From a virus, in IMG/VR virus record IMGVR_UViG_3300029438_000229, positions 2,293 to 66,292 of that record: a stretch of DNA of 64,000 bases. One strand, given 5' to 3'. Each line of letters starts with the position of its first letter. Positions within the stretch are counted from its first letter, which is position 1. The notes under the pieces are model-generated. The model was not told the DNA's origin, did not search any database, and saw only the letters and a list, made by a program, of their open reading frames with translations. Made by a program: the position numbers and the translations under genes. This document shows positions 1-9,323 of this stretch, piece by piece.

Positions 1-933
1 TTTGATGAGGTTGGGATGCTTGCAAACAAATCGCTGAGTGTCTTCCGGCTTTGCGAAGGCGCTGATACGAGTCACGGAGATTCCTTTCCTGCGCAGTACA
101 TCCGCATCGCGAATAAGGTGGCTGGGACAATCCACTTCGAGATGCTCACCCATTTTCTTGTCGTCAATATAGTCCATGACGAGAGTGACGACTTTATAAG
201 GTTCGACAGCATCCATCATGCTTTTGCACACATTGGTGATGTCCTTAGGGTCGGCACTGTCGTACTCATAAAACGTAAGGAATAGTTCCGACATCCTATC
301 AATGGCAATCAGTCGGGCCATGTAATAAATTCTGGATGCCGTTCCGTTGCTTGCCGTAATGACAGAACTTGTCTCTTCAGCCCAATCCGATGGAGATGAC
401 AAATAGTGAATCACATCGTCATCGTTCAGAGGATACATAGTTCGAATCAGGTTGGAGAACTCATTGCATCGAGTTCCAAAAAGAAAGGCGGAGCAAGCAT
501 TGCGGACTGCTTTATCCACTGTATCCTTATCCTGAAACATTGCGGGGTCTGCCGGAATGTTCTTTCGGAACAGCGGAATACGGATACTGTCCAGTTTCTC
601 GAAGACATCCATATCGTCGATGAAATCGCTGCTTTGAAGCAACGCTTTTACGGGTTTGGAGGCCATGTAAATAGTTTTGCTATCCACAATGAAGCCGCCA
701 AATTCCCATTTTGCGAATCGTGAAAAGGATGGCTTCTTATTGTCCGACGAATCCCGGTTCTGAACCATAACATAGAGCGATTCAACTTGATGTTCTCTAA
801 CCAAAACCGGATGTTTGAAAAACGAGTAATAGCGGGAAAACACAATGTCACCGCTGCGTTTTGCTCCCTCAAAAAAGGTCATGGTCCAGTTTGAGAGAAA
901 ACGAATCAGTTCCTCAACAGTAAAAGTCAACAT
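1..933 (-). CDS. hypothetical protein, 3' end beyond window start
   Basis: ATG at 933 behind AAAGAGAGG. The frame stays open for 311 codons to position 1. It is absent from the ORF track only because no stop lies in the window. Confidence 0.6.
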   Translation of the reverse strand, partial: MLTFTVEELIRFLSNWTMTFFEGAKRSGDIVFSRYYSFFKHPVLVREHQVESLYVMVQNRDSSDNKKPSFSRFAKWEFGGFIVDSKTIYMASKPVKALLQSSDFIDDMDVFEKLDSIRIPLFRKNIPADPAMFQDKDTVDKAVRNACSAFLFGTRCNEFSNLIRTMYPLNDDDVIHYLSSPSDWAEETSSVITASNGTASRIYYMARLIAIDRMSELFLTFYEYDSADPKDITNVCKSMMDAVEPYKVVTLVMDYIDDKKMGEHLEVDCPSHLIRDADVLRRKGISVTRISAFAKPEDTQRFVCKHPNLIK

Positions 934-951
934 AGTTTATACTACCTCTCT

Positions 952-1257
952 TTAGATGGTCAGCACAGCAGAATCGAAGTTTTCCAAACAGTCGCAACTC
1001 AAGAACTGCCCTCCACAAATGGGGCACTTCTCAATGTCGCAGCCGTAGTGGTGGTAGTAGCCAATTTTGGCTCCACAATCTCCACAGCGGATATCTTTCT
1101 CTTCCGGAGTACCAACGAACTCTTCGTACCAGTCGCCGGGGTCGCCGACTTTGATGCGCTTGAAAGTTTCCTTGTGTGCGCCTTTAACGACTACGCGCTT
1201 ATACGAGCAGCCGTTAGCAGTCAGCATTTCGCGCCCACAACAGTTACATTTTGCCAT
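952..1257 (-). CDS. small Cys-rich (zinc-ribbon-like) protein
   Basis: 101 aa with CxxC-type pairs (CNCC, CGDC, CPIC, CDC). GGGGAG SD. Overlaps the end of the upstream gene by 14 nt. Confidence 0.6.
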   Translation of the reverse strand: MAKCNCCGREMLTANGCSYKRVVVKGAHKETFKRIKVGDPGDWYEEFVGTPEEKDIRCGDCGAKIGYYHHYGCDIEKCPICGGQFLSCDCLENFDSAVLTI

Positions 1258-2056
1258 TGTCCGTCTCCCCTTTCAGAAGCTCGCGTGCATGGTCGAGGAC
1301 TTCCTTTGCGACAGGCTTACCGCCTTCGTTCAGAGCGAGGAAGACTTCCAGAACCTCTGCACGGGTCGTATTCTGGTCAAGTTCAGCAACACCAATGGAA
1401 GCATCCATGAACCAGTTTTTATCCAGAACGGAAAGGTCGTTGTAAAATACGCCTTTGTACGGGAATCGGTTCTCGTAAAAAGCAAGCAGGGTCAACATAC
1501 GCTGCTTGCCATCGACGATTTCGTAGTAGTTGCCATCGTCGTTTGTGCGATTAAAGGGCAACTGCTTGAAGACGAAACGACCAATTTCGCGTCCTGCGAA
1601 GATGCTGTCCAGCAGTTTCTCTCTGTCCTCCTCATCCCAAACAGAACCGCGCTGATAATCGGGTTTGAAATCAACGCCGAACAGGTAATGGAAGCTGAGT
1701 AGAGAGTACATGCTACGATTTGAGTAGTGCAGACGGGATAGTGCAGAGTCACGCTTTGCGAAATGCGTGTCTTTGTCGTCATCCAACGGTCGAACACTCG
1801 TCCAAGCCCAGCAAGAATATTCGACATTGTTCTTGGTGGTGACGCGGATGAGATACATTGCGCCATCATCCATCACTTCTTCGACAACACAGTTAGGAAG
1901 ATGTCCAACCTGCACCCTGTCTCCCACAGCAAAATGGTATGTGGGTGTTCCAGAGTTCTTTGCTGCGTTACAGGCTTTCTCGTAAGAGTAGCTATCCTTT
2001 ACGCGTTCCTGCGGAGTTTTCTCCCGAGCAATTTCTTTAGTACGGCTTTTTGCCAT
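1244..2056 (-). CDS. DUF262 / ParB-like nuclease-domain protein
   Basis: 270 aa. DYQRGSVW...LLDSI...EIVDGKQR motif set typical of DUF262 (GmrSD N-domain type). GTGAGG SD. Confidence 0.7.
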   Translation of the reverse strand: MAKSRTKEIAREKTPQERVKDSYSYEKACNAAKNSGTPTYHFAVGDRVQVGHLPNCVVEEVMDDGAMYLIRVTTKNNVEYSCWAWTSVRPLDDDKDTHFAKRDSALSRLHYSNRSMYSLLSFHYLFGVDFKPDYQRGSVWDEEDREKLLDSIFAGREIGRFVFKQLPFNRTNDDGNYYEIVDGKQRMLTLLAFYENRFPYKGVFYNDLSVLDKNWFMDASIGVAELDQNTTRAEVLEVFLALNEGGKPVAKEVLDHARELLKGETDNGKM

Positions 2057-2106
2057 GGTAATGCCTCACTTTCTTTTTTGGCGGTCGTTGAGAAACGTCC
2101 CAACCG

Positions 2107-2607
2107 TCAGTTGTTTTCTTTTTCGTGCCTCTCGTCGTCGCGCAGAAGGTCGTTTGCCACTGCTACGGTATCACAGGTGTAGTAGCGTCCGCAGGTGTAT
2201 TCGCACTGAGTCAATGTGGCGGAGCAACCGTTGATGCAGCCCATGAAGACATCCTTATTGCCGTTCTCGTCGGTGAAAATGCCGCCGGTCGCGGTGATGC
2301 TCTCAACATAGGGCAAGCACGGCTCGTCCGTGTCCTCACTCAAGTTCCAGACAATCTCCCAAAAGCTGATGAAGGTGTCATTGTACAAGAAAGAGGGGCG
2401 GTTACCGCTGTCTTTCCGAACCAGTTCTTCAAGGGCATCCCAAGGAACTTCATCTGCAATGAAGATGCCAAATGCGCCACAGGAAAAAACGATTTTTCCA
2501 ATGTGGCCGCAGATACGGACATAGTCACCCACATGAAGCTCGTTGTCATTGGCATCGATGAAACCTGTGTCGAAGCCTTTCTGTGCCATTTCATTTGCGT
2601 TAGTCAT
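2107..2607 (-). CDS. hypothetical protein
   Basis: Track ORF 2107..2658 trimmed to ATG 2607 behind AAAAAGGAG. The longer form would translate the leader hairpin. Confidence 0.65.
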   Translation of the reverse strand: MTNANEMAQKGFDTGFIDANDNELHVGDYVRICGHIGKIVFSCGAFGIFIADEVPWDALEELVRKDSGNRPSFLYNDTFISFWEIVWNLSEDTDEPCLPYVESITATGGIFTDENGNKDVFMGCINGCSATLTQCEYTCGRYYTCDTVAVANDLLRDDERHEKENN

Positions 2608-2636
2608 TTTAATACACTCCTTTTTGAAATTGACGC

Positions 2637-2770
2637 AAAAAAGCGGACCTCCCAACATCGGGAAGTCCGCCTTAAAGCGAAATTGTGAATTGTACGAGCG
2701 CAGTCAGCGCCTTAGTAGAATGGTATCTATCGTACAATCTCAATTATATCCGACTCGCACGAAGATGCAA
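2637..2770 (-). promoter_or_regulatory. leader cassette copy 1 (promoter, structured leader, intrinsic terminator)
   Basis: Minus strand: TTGCAT(2770-2765)-16-TATAAT(2748-2743), then TTGTACGATAGATACC, TCGTACAATTCACAATTTCGC, hairpin 2670-2643 and a T-run. Confidence 0.7.
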
Positions 2771-2774
2771 ATGT

Positions 2775-2993
2775 TTAATTGCCCTCATGGAAAAATGTAT
2801 GCGTGAATTCCGGATGCCCAGCAAACACCTTCTCAACGACCTGAGGCAAGTCATGGATATCGTCCAGAATGAGCCGTCCTTGTCTATCGCGATACGGTGC
2901 CACTGCTGCGGTTTTCTCTGCAAAATAAGCGTTAAACGCCTCTTCGCTGTCAAATTCCGGCATTAACGCAATTTCCCGGCTGCGGTCCTTCAT
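2775..2993 (-). CDS. hypothetical protein
   Basis: 72 aa. ATG 2993 preferred over GTG 3002 (GAGG 11 nt upstream). Confidence 0.5.
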   Translation of the reverse strand: MKDRSREIALMPEFDSEEAFNAYFAEKTAAVAPYRDRQGRLILDDIHDLPQVVEKVFAGHPEFTHTFFHEGN

Positions 2994-3009
2994 AATTTGC
3001 ACCGCCTCG

Positions 3010-3447
3010 TCAAACGCCGAGAAGCTCGCGTTCTTCGGCAGTCAGTTTATCGAGAACCTTCTGCCTGCGCTTTTCGCGCGATTCCTGCTTGGTGCTGATG
3101 ATGAAGGTATCGGCGTGGTCGCCATTCCGCACAAAGACGGGACGGTCTTTCAGCATATTCCGCATCGCGTCCAAACGCTCTTCCTTTGTCATGTCATACA
3201 TGCCGGATGCGCCGTAAATGGAAATGTTGATTTCATCCTTTTTCGGGGTCTTATCATAGGCGGTGGGGTCTACGGCGGTGAAATAGAGGGTGTAATAGTA
3301 GCACCTGTCGGCGAGCGCCAACGCGATGGTATCGATATTTCCCTCAAAGACACCAAGGTCGGTGATGGAGCGACCCTCGCAGTCACCCTCCGTGGTGACA
3401 TGCCAGAATCCGTAGGCTTTGTCGTAAGGTTTGTTGAATTCAATCAT
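3010..3447 (-). CDS. hypothetical protein
   Basis: 145-aa ORF in the minus-strand array; no clear SD. Confidence 0.55.
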   Translation of the reverse strand: MIEFNKPYDKAYGFWHVTTEGDCEGRSITDLGVFEGNIDTIALALADRCYYYTLYFTAVDPTAYDKTPKKDEINISIYGASGMYDMTKEERLDAMRNMLKDRPVFVRNGDHADTFIISTKQESREKRRQKVLDKLTAEERELLGV

Positions 3448-3499
3448 TGTAAATCAGGGCAAGGAGACCCGCGACTTTAGGCGTGGGAGGAATTGCCCT

Positions 3500-4222
3500 T
3501 CACATCCTTTCTATTAGATAATTTGTTGCAGGTTCTAATAGCTGCAACTTTTTGAATGAAATACTGTTTGTAACGACAGTGCCATCAAGCTTTCTGAGAG
3601 CAAAGCTTCCTGATGCACGACGACCGGAAACGAAGCACTCTTGCCCCTTGTAGAGAACCTTATCCCAAAGACGATAGCCTTCGACAACATAAGGCATTTG
3701 GCTTCTTTTGCGAATGCTACCTTTTGAGAAGTTTGCTTTATGGGTTTGACGATTGTGATGCCTTATAGCTTTTGTGCGATAGCAAACACTGCATGGTTCA
3801 GCAAATGGATGCTTGCTGATACAACGGGCATCGTTTACATGGCTTTTCTTGATGTCATTTTTCTCTCGCAGATTCAACCGTAATGTGATTTCCTTCTTGC
3901 CCTTTTTCAACTTCTTTTGGAAGCAGTTTGCCATCCATATCGAAAGCTTCGACAAGACAAATTCCGTTTTTTTGCAAACTTGAAGCAAGTCTTTGAATGT
4001 TGCAATACAGCTTACACCGGGGATTGCTACAAACAAATCACCAGACAGATGACTTGCAACAGATGCTTTCAAACCACCTTCTGTAATAAAGATAGTCTTT
4101 TCATCTTTTAAAGGTCTGCTCCAAAACAGTGCTGTATTTTTAGCGGAAGAACCGTTAGGATATCCGGCAGATGTTGCCCAACGGTATCGTTGCTGTTTAA
4201 GCTCTGATGCTTCTTTCCATTT
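3500..4222 (-). pseudogene. chimeric open frame: Toprim-like N-part fused to IscB/RRXRR-family RuvC-III plus C-terminal part
   Basis: The frame is open for 241 codons but has no in-frame start (the SD plus ATG at 4220 is 1 nt out of frame). IFITEGGLKA...AIPGV is Toprim-like. It is followed by SHVNDARCI, NRQTHK and GYRLWDKV..CFVSGRRASGSFALRKLDG, an IscB-like tail. Confidence 0.55.
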
Positions 4223-4266
4223 TTACTCTCCTTGATTTTTGGCTGAAACAACTTGAAATCGCAGTT

Positions 4267-4881
4267 TTAGTTAATATCCCAAATATTCGGGTTATCGTAC
4301 TTGTTAAAGAACTGCATAAATTTGTCTTCCGGCATCTGAGCCTCAGCTTTGTCTAGCATATCGCAAATCTCGGTCTGGTTTGTATTCCCATTCAAGACCT
4401 TAACATAGGTAGCACTTCCGGGATTGGCTCCGATAAAATCAGCAATTGCTGTACGGTTGTGTTCGATGGAATTTTTTAGTTCCCACCAACGCCAAGAACG
4501 GATGCACTGAGTCAGCGACATTCCATCCACTGCTTCCCAGTAATCGCCGCTTTTTTCGACGGCACTGTACTCTTCAATAGGATTCATTCCACCATCTTGG
4601 AGTGCTTCATCAATCATTTCAAGAATCTGGAACGGATAGAGTTTTCCATCAACCTCAACTTCTGCATAATCTAGGTCTTCGTATACCTCAAAGAGAGTGG
4701 CTTCTTCGTCACTATCAAAGGAAAAATCATCATCCTCGACTAATTCCTTCACGAGCTGCGTTTTTCCACTGATGTCAAAGACTTCATGCGTCTGTTTGTT
4801 TACTTTGCAGGGCAAAGTGTGAATACCATCGGAAAAGTGATACTTAACCATTGCATTAACGATATTAGAATTATTAACCAT
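4267..4881 (-). CDS. hypothetical acidic protein
   Basis: 204 aa, AAGGAG SD, visibly AT-richer than the flanks. Confidence 0.6.
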   Translation of the reverse strand: MVNNSNIVNAMVKYHFSDGIHTLPCKVNKQTHEVFDISGKTQLVKELVEDDDFSFDSDEEATLFEVYEDLDYAEVEVDGKLYPFQILEMIDEALQDGGMNPIEEYSAVEKSGDYWEAVDGMSLTQCIRSWRWWELKNSIEHNRTAIADFIGANPGSATYVKVLNGNTNQTEICDMLDKAEAQMPEDKFMQFFNKYDNPNIWDIN

Positions 4882-4925
4882 TTTGTCTGTTCTCCTTAAT
4901 TTTTTATTTTTTTCACCATTGCGTT

Positions 4926-5261
4926 TTAATCAAAAGCGTGAAGAAGCAAATACTCCTTCTTTTTGACTGTGTTTGGATTCATATAATTGCGTGACATCAA
5001 AGGAGGAATTTCTCGTTCCTCTTGTATAACATCTCCAAACAAAGTCATTTGCCCCGCGATGGGAATATTTTTGTTAGCTTTGCTTCTTTTCTTTCGAAGC
5101 CAGATAATATCTGACCTCAGCATATTGAGGACAACGCCATCTGAAACGAAAGATGTTCCATTGCTCCCTTTCAGATATATAGTGTCCCATTTTTTGAAGC
5201 ACTTTTCGATTTCCTTTTGTAACTGATTAAAATCTGTCACATCTGAGTAATCTCTGCGCAT
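4926..5261 (-). CDS. hypothetical protein
   Basis: Track ORF trimmed to ATG 5261 (GAGGG SD). It starts 5 nt after the stop of the upstream fragment. Confidence 0.5.
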   Translation of the reverse strand: MRRDYSDVTDFNQLQKEIEKCFKKWDTIYLKGSNGTSFVSDGVVLNMLRSDIIWLRKKRSKANKNIPIAGQMTLFGDVIQEEREIPPLMSRNYMNPNTVKKKEYLLLHAFD

Positions 5262-5265
5262 TTTC

Positions 5266-5544
5266 TTACCCTCTGTATGGGATATTGATAATTTTGAACA
5301 CCGATTCTTCTTTTTTTGGCACAGGCGGAAGCGGAATCTGAATATCATCATCTTTTTCTACCTTCTTCGGAGTCATAATAGGAACCATAACATGAGCAGA
5401 CTTTGCAGGCTTTACATCGTCTACCCAGTGCGTGACACCGCCAATTTTGGATTGCGCATACAGATAGTCATCAATTCCTTTGTACTCAGGGTCCCAAGTC
5501 CACGGAATCATTTCAACTCCTTCTTCTTTGGCACTGTTGTACAT
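5266..5544 (-). pseudogene. Toprim-like C-terminal fragment
   Basis: 92-aa ORF. EEGVEMIPWTWDPEYKGIDDYL resembles the end of DUF3854-type Toprim domains. The same frame stays open about 30 codons further upstream without a start. Confidence 0.45.
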
Positions 5545-5587
5545 TTTGGCAATAGCATCTTTGACACTCTGCTTTACGACTCGATTT

Positions 5588-5917
5588 TCACCAGAAGGAG
5601 CATTTTTGTGATATAGCCATAAGCCCTTGGACAGGGATAGGCAGTTCCTCGCGTAATCGAGCCATTAAGGTTTTGCGCATAATGCCCATAAAAGCGGCAT
5701 CTCGCAGCGGCTTGCCGCGTTTCTCGCCATCAAGAGATACTTTTCCCTTGTGAAGCGCACCATGGCAAGTAGTACACAAAGTAATAAGATTACTTGGCGC
5801 ATTCCCGCCTACCTTACGGCTTTCGAGATGATGTACATGCAGCTTGACAGACTTCTTTGCGGTAGTATGTGCTCCGCAACACTGGCAGCTATAGTTGTCA
5901 CGCTTTAATACATGAGT
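5588..5917 (-). pseudogene. IscB/RRXRR-family HNH-domain fragment
   Basis: 110-codon open frame with no start codon. CQCCG...HVHHLESR...NLITLCTTCHGALHKG is an HNH motif. The N-terminal PLMP/RuvC-I/II part is missing, and the frame stops before RuvC-III. Confidence 0.55.
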
Positions 5918-6177
5918 TCAAAAGTTTCAGGCGAAACGGTGAAAAGGCTGTCTTTCTTGCCCTCCACCAGATATTCGTAGGGCTTGATGCGCAGTACAAT
6001 CATGCCAAAGCTGCGAATGATGATGTTGTCGCTGGCGTCGTTACGGACAATGTTATCTGCCTTCCAGCCAATACCGGGATTTTCGGCAATCAGCTTCTTG
6101 ATGCCCTCGAAGCTCTGCGCGTTTTCGGGGTCCCACTGGACCGCACGGATGCTGTTCCTTTTGTGATAATTAGCCAT
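5905..6177 (-). CDS. hypothetical protein
   Basis: Track ORF trimmed to ATG 6177 behind AAAAAGGAGAAATC. Confidence 0.6.
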   Translation of the reverse strand: MANYHKRNSIRAVQWDPENAQSFEGIKKLIAENPGIGWKADNIVRNDASDNIIIRSFGMIVLRIKPYEYLVEGKKDSLFTVSPETFELMY

Positions 6178-6199
6178 TGTGATTTCTCCTTTTTTGGTG

Positions 6200-7105
6200 T
6201 TATTTATTTTCGAAAAATGCAAGCATAGCCGTATTAACTGCCTGCGCATACCGCGTTTCAGGATGCCGTGCAGCAAAACTTTCTTTCGCAAAGAGATTGT
6301 TTGCGGAATGTACCGAATACCTTGTACCCTTCAATTTTAACTGCCAAGCCAGCTGGTTCGTGTCACGTTTATGAGCATCGGTAATGCTTGTGACGAGTAA
6401 ACACGGAGGCAGCATCTTGGCGTAAGTCTTAGGTGACAGGCACTCAGCGTAGCTGGTCTTCTTCCAATCCTTTTCGATGAGATAAGGCGCGATAGCGTTC
6501 ATCTTTCTGCTGGAAAGGTCAAGAATACCATTCTGCAAGCAGACAGCCTTGAACGTGAGTTTTGCTTCCTGCGGTACATCAAACGGAAGTTCATCTTCGA
6601 GATGCTGCATGGATACAGGGTTCCAGAGAAGAGCGTATACGAGGCAAGCCAGTGCAGCACCTGCACCGTCACCTACCAGATACATTCTGGACATATCTGC
6701 GCCATACCGTTCTGCACAGCGGTGGATGACAACGAACGCCTTCAAAAGGTCGCCGAGTTGCCCGAACAGATTCGTTTCGGGAACCGGGGTGTATTCCGGA
6801 ATAAAGGTCAGATAGCCATGCTCCGCACACCACGTTCCGAAATTCCGGTTCAGGGCACTGCGTCCTGCAACGAAATCGCCGCCGTAGATGTCGATGATGA
6901 CAGGGAATTTCTTGTCGTCTCCTTCTTTGTGCTTCGGAACATACGCAGAGATGGGCAGGCACTCATCACTTCTTTTCGTGATGATGTGATGTGTGACCTG
7001 CGTCTCGCTGCAAACTCCGATTGCGGTGGTATTGGGTTTCGGTTGCTTGCTTATGATTTTCTGCAAGGAGCGCTCCTTGCAAAGTGCGTAACGGTTGATA
7101 TTCAA
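6200..7105 (-). CDS. alpha/beta-hydrolase fold-3 (esterase/lipase-like) paralog with degenerate catalytic motifs
   Basis: 301 aa. TTG start behind GAGGAGG. The family layout is present, but HGGG reads YGGD, GDSAG reads GDGAG, and the C-terminal DHAF reads ESFA. Confidence 0.7.
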   Translation of the reverse strand: MNINRYALCKERSLQKIISKQPKPNTTAIGVCSETQVTHHIITKRSDECLPISAYVPKHKEGDDKKFPVIIDIYGGDFVAGRSALNRNFGTWCAEHGYLTFIPEYTPVPETNLFGQLGDLLKAFVVIHRCAERYGADMSRMYLVGDGAGAALACLVYALLWNPVSMQHLEDELPFDVPQEAKLTFKAVCLQNGILDLSSRKMNAIAPYLIEKDWKKTSYAECLSPKTYAKMLPPCLLVTSITDAHKRDTNQLAWQLKLKGTRYSVHSANNLFAKESFAARHPETRYAQAVNTAMLAFFENK

Positions 7106-7557
7106 ATTTCTTCCTCCTCGTTCTCGCCGCAGTCAAAAGGAGAGTCTTTCCAGTCCCTTTCAACGGTAACTCCGTAAGCCTTTTTGTACTGCTCCTCGAA
7201 TCTCTGCAGGACTGCATCGTACTGACTCTGCGTCATAACAATATCGAGTCCTAGGTCGTCATCGTCGTTAGAGTTGTCGTAGTGGTACAGCCGCATTTCA
7301 AATTGTCTGCCGAAAACATCCTTGTTCGGATACCAGCATGAATACAAAATTACATAGTCGTCAGCACTTCTTTTGCAGACATTGAGTCCAAACACTTTGT
7401 CGATGTCGAACTGTATGGGAATGAGAATGCTGATATAGTTGGCATCAAATGTCCGCATATCGTATTCGTAGATAACGAAGCGAAGGAACTCATCGAGGTC
7501 TTTGATGGTTACTTGACCCTGTTTCTTCACAGAGTCGATAATTTTTTTGTGTGCCAT
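7102..7557 (-). CDS. hypothetical protein
   Basis: 151 aa; AAGGAAAA SD; 4-nt overlap with the downstream gene. Confidence 0.6.
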   Translation of the reverse strand: MAHKKIIDSVKKQGQVTIKDLDEFLRFVIYEYDMRTFDANYISILIPIQFDIDKVFGLNVCKRSADDYVILYSCWYPNKDVFGRQFEMRLYHYDNSNDDDDLGLDIVMTQSQYDAVLQRFEEQYKKAYGVTVERDWKDSPFDCGENEEEEI

Positions 7558-7580
7558 GATTTTTCCTTATCTTATCGTGC

Positions 7581-8462
7581 TTAGCAGTAAAAGAACGCCA
7601 GCATCTCATCGTTTGCCATCTGCCCCCATGCCGTTTCCGGATGAAGTGCGGCAAAAGCGTGGTCGGCTTCTTTTACATTGCAGAATACGAATTGATGGTA
7701 CTGGTGGTTGGTTTTCAGCAGCTTCACATAACGTTTTGTCTGTCCTTTCAGGAAATCTCCTTTTCCGGAACAAAGAAAGCACGGCGGCAGCAGCTTGCAA
7801 TAGTATTCGGGACGAATATTGGAAGCGTACTTCTCTTTGCGCCATCCCTTCTGCATGTAGTTGTCCGCCAGCAATCCAACCTGACCTTTGTAAAGGTAGA
7901 ACATCCCACTCTGAAAACCCATGGCAGTCACGCGGAGAGCCTGAACCTTTTGCGGGATATACCTTTCAAGGCGGCGGATGACCGGCTGCATCTCGGCAGG
8001 ATGGTGTAGTGAAGCAACGGCCATAGAGGCCAAGAAAGCACCGGCACTGTCTGCGGTAACGAAGAGTTTTTCGATGTTGCCGCCGAACTCTGCCGCTTTC
8101 GCTTCAATGACTGCGAGCGCATCGAGAATATCCGAGATTTGTCCGAAGATATCCGTTTCGGGAACCAGACGGTAATCGGGGATAAAAACGATATAGCCTC
8201 TTCTTGCCAGTTGGATACCAAGATTCCTGTTCTGTTCTTTGCGGCCGGCAATCAAGCCCCCGCTATGAACATCCAGGATGATGGGTAGTGGTTCTTTGAC
8301 CTCTCCGACTGGTTTGTAGACATCCATAGAAAGTCCTAAACATTTTCGAACCGGGATGGTAACAATATCGACAAGGCCGCTGTTGTGCATATGCGGCTGG
8401 CTGCGAATGATTTGTTCGACATGGATGCGCTCCTTTACGGAAGCACGAGTAATGATATTCAA
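7581..8462 (-). CDS. alpha/beta-hydrolase fold-3 esterase/lipase-like protein
   Basis: TTG 8462 behind AAAGGAG, which aligns with the start of paralog 6200..7105. The HSGG, ADSAG (nucleophile elbow) and DHAF motifs are intact. Confidence 0.7.
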   Translation of the reverse strand: MNIITRASVKERIHVEQIIRSQPHMHNSGLVDIVTIPVRKCLGLSMDVYKPVGEVKEPLPIILDVHSGGLIAGRKEQNRNLGIQLARRGYIVFIPDYRLVPETDIFGQISDILDALAVIEAKAAEFGGNIEKLFVTADSAGAFLASMAVASLHHPAEMQPVIRRLERYIPQKVQALRVTAMGFQSGMFYLYKGQVGLLADNYMQKGWRKEKYASNIRPEYYCKLLPPCFLCSGKGDFLKGQTKRYVKLLKTNHQYHQFVFCNVKEADHAFAALHPETAWGQMANDEMLAFFYC

Positions 8463-8481
8463 AAAAATCAACTCCTTTAAC

Positions 8482-8518
8482 AAAAAACGCGGCTGCTGCT
8501 CTTCTTGAACAGCAGCCG
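8482..8518 (-). terminator. intrinsic terminator
   Basis: CGGCTGCTG..CAGCAGCCG stem plus TTTTTTG on the minus strand, directly before the SD of the esterase gene. Confidence 0.65.
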
Positions 8519-8530
8519 TATTTGGTGAAA

Positions 8531-8773
8531 TCAACGGAACTCGAATGTGTATTCGGTCCCGGTAACGGTTGAGACGAAAATGTTCACGCCAATCACGCCG
8601 AGGCGCTTTGTCGTGGCAGTCGTAAAAGAGCGAGCGTTCTCATTTGACCCCACGACAAACCGAAGAGGCTCGCCGTTTACGACATGCAAGGCACCCTTGC
8701 AGCCGATAAGAGACTTGACTCTTTCGTCGTTGCTATTGGTGGCGGTTAAAATACACCCTTCCCGAATTCGCAT
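8531..8773 (-). CDS. hypothetical protein
   Basis: 80 aa; AAGGAGG SD. Confidence 0.55.
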   Translation of the reverse strand: MRIREGCILTATNSNDERVKSLIGCKGALHVVNGEPLRFVVGSNENARSFTTATTKRLGVIGVNIFVSTVTGTEYTFEFR

Positions 8774-8800
8774 TTGTAAATTCCTCCTTAATCAGAAATC

Positions 8801-9097
8801 TCAAGCCGAAGCTTGCGGGTACTGGTCAAGAACATCGTTGAATCGGGAATCTAGGTGCCGGTCATTTTCGTCACGGGCGGGATAACTGAACGCGTTCTCG
8901 TCTGCAGCAGCATCCGTGAATCCGTCCATCATGGTCAGGATACCCTCCATCCAGGCAGCGGCTCTGCCAAACATACCGTTTTCCTGTTCCTTGTTGCGGT
9001 GTAGGTAATCGGTAAGGCTTTCAAGAGCCATCTTCTGCTGATAGAAGGTATCCCAGTTAATGTCTTTGATAGTGTCGAGGTAAGCGTTATCGTCCAT
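8801..9097 (-). CDS. hypothetical protein
   Basis: ATG 9097 lies 10 nt after AAGGAG. The track start 9106 is a TTG only 1 nt after the SD. Confidence 0.6.
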   Translation of the reverse strand: MDDNAYLDTIKDINWDTFYQQKMALESLTDYLHRNKEQENGMFGRAAAWMEGILTMMDGFTDAAADENAFSYPARDENDRHLDSRFNDVLDQYPQASA

Positions 9098-9163
9098 TTT
9101 GAACAAACTCCTTAAAAAATAAATTTACGATGCATACACCGAAAGGCTCCTGCAATCAAATTC

Positions 9164-9297
9164 CAAAACAAAAAGGCAGGCTCTCCATGTGACTGGAAAG
9201 TCTGCCTTAACGGTTCAGAACTGTGAATGTGTGAATTACCTTTCGGTTGGTATCCATCGTACATTTTTCATTGTATGCGGTTCGCACATTCGCGCAA
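9164..9297 (-). promoter_or_regulatory. leader cassette copy 2 (diverged)
   Basis: TTGCGC-16-TACAAT with GTGCGAAC in the spacer. ATGTACGATGGATACC. Hairpin 9206-9175 plus TTTTTGTTTT. Confidence 0.6.
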
Positions 9298-9323
9298 GGG
9301 CTTAAAGGTGAAATCTGAGAAAA

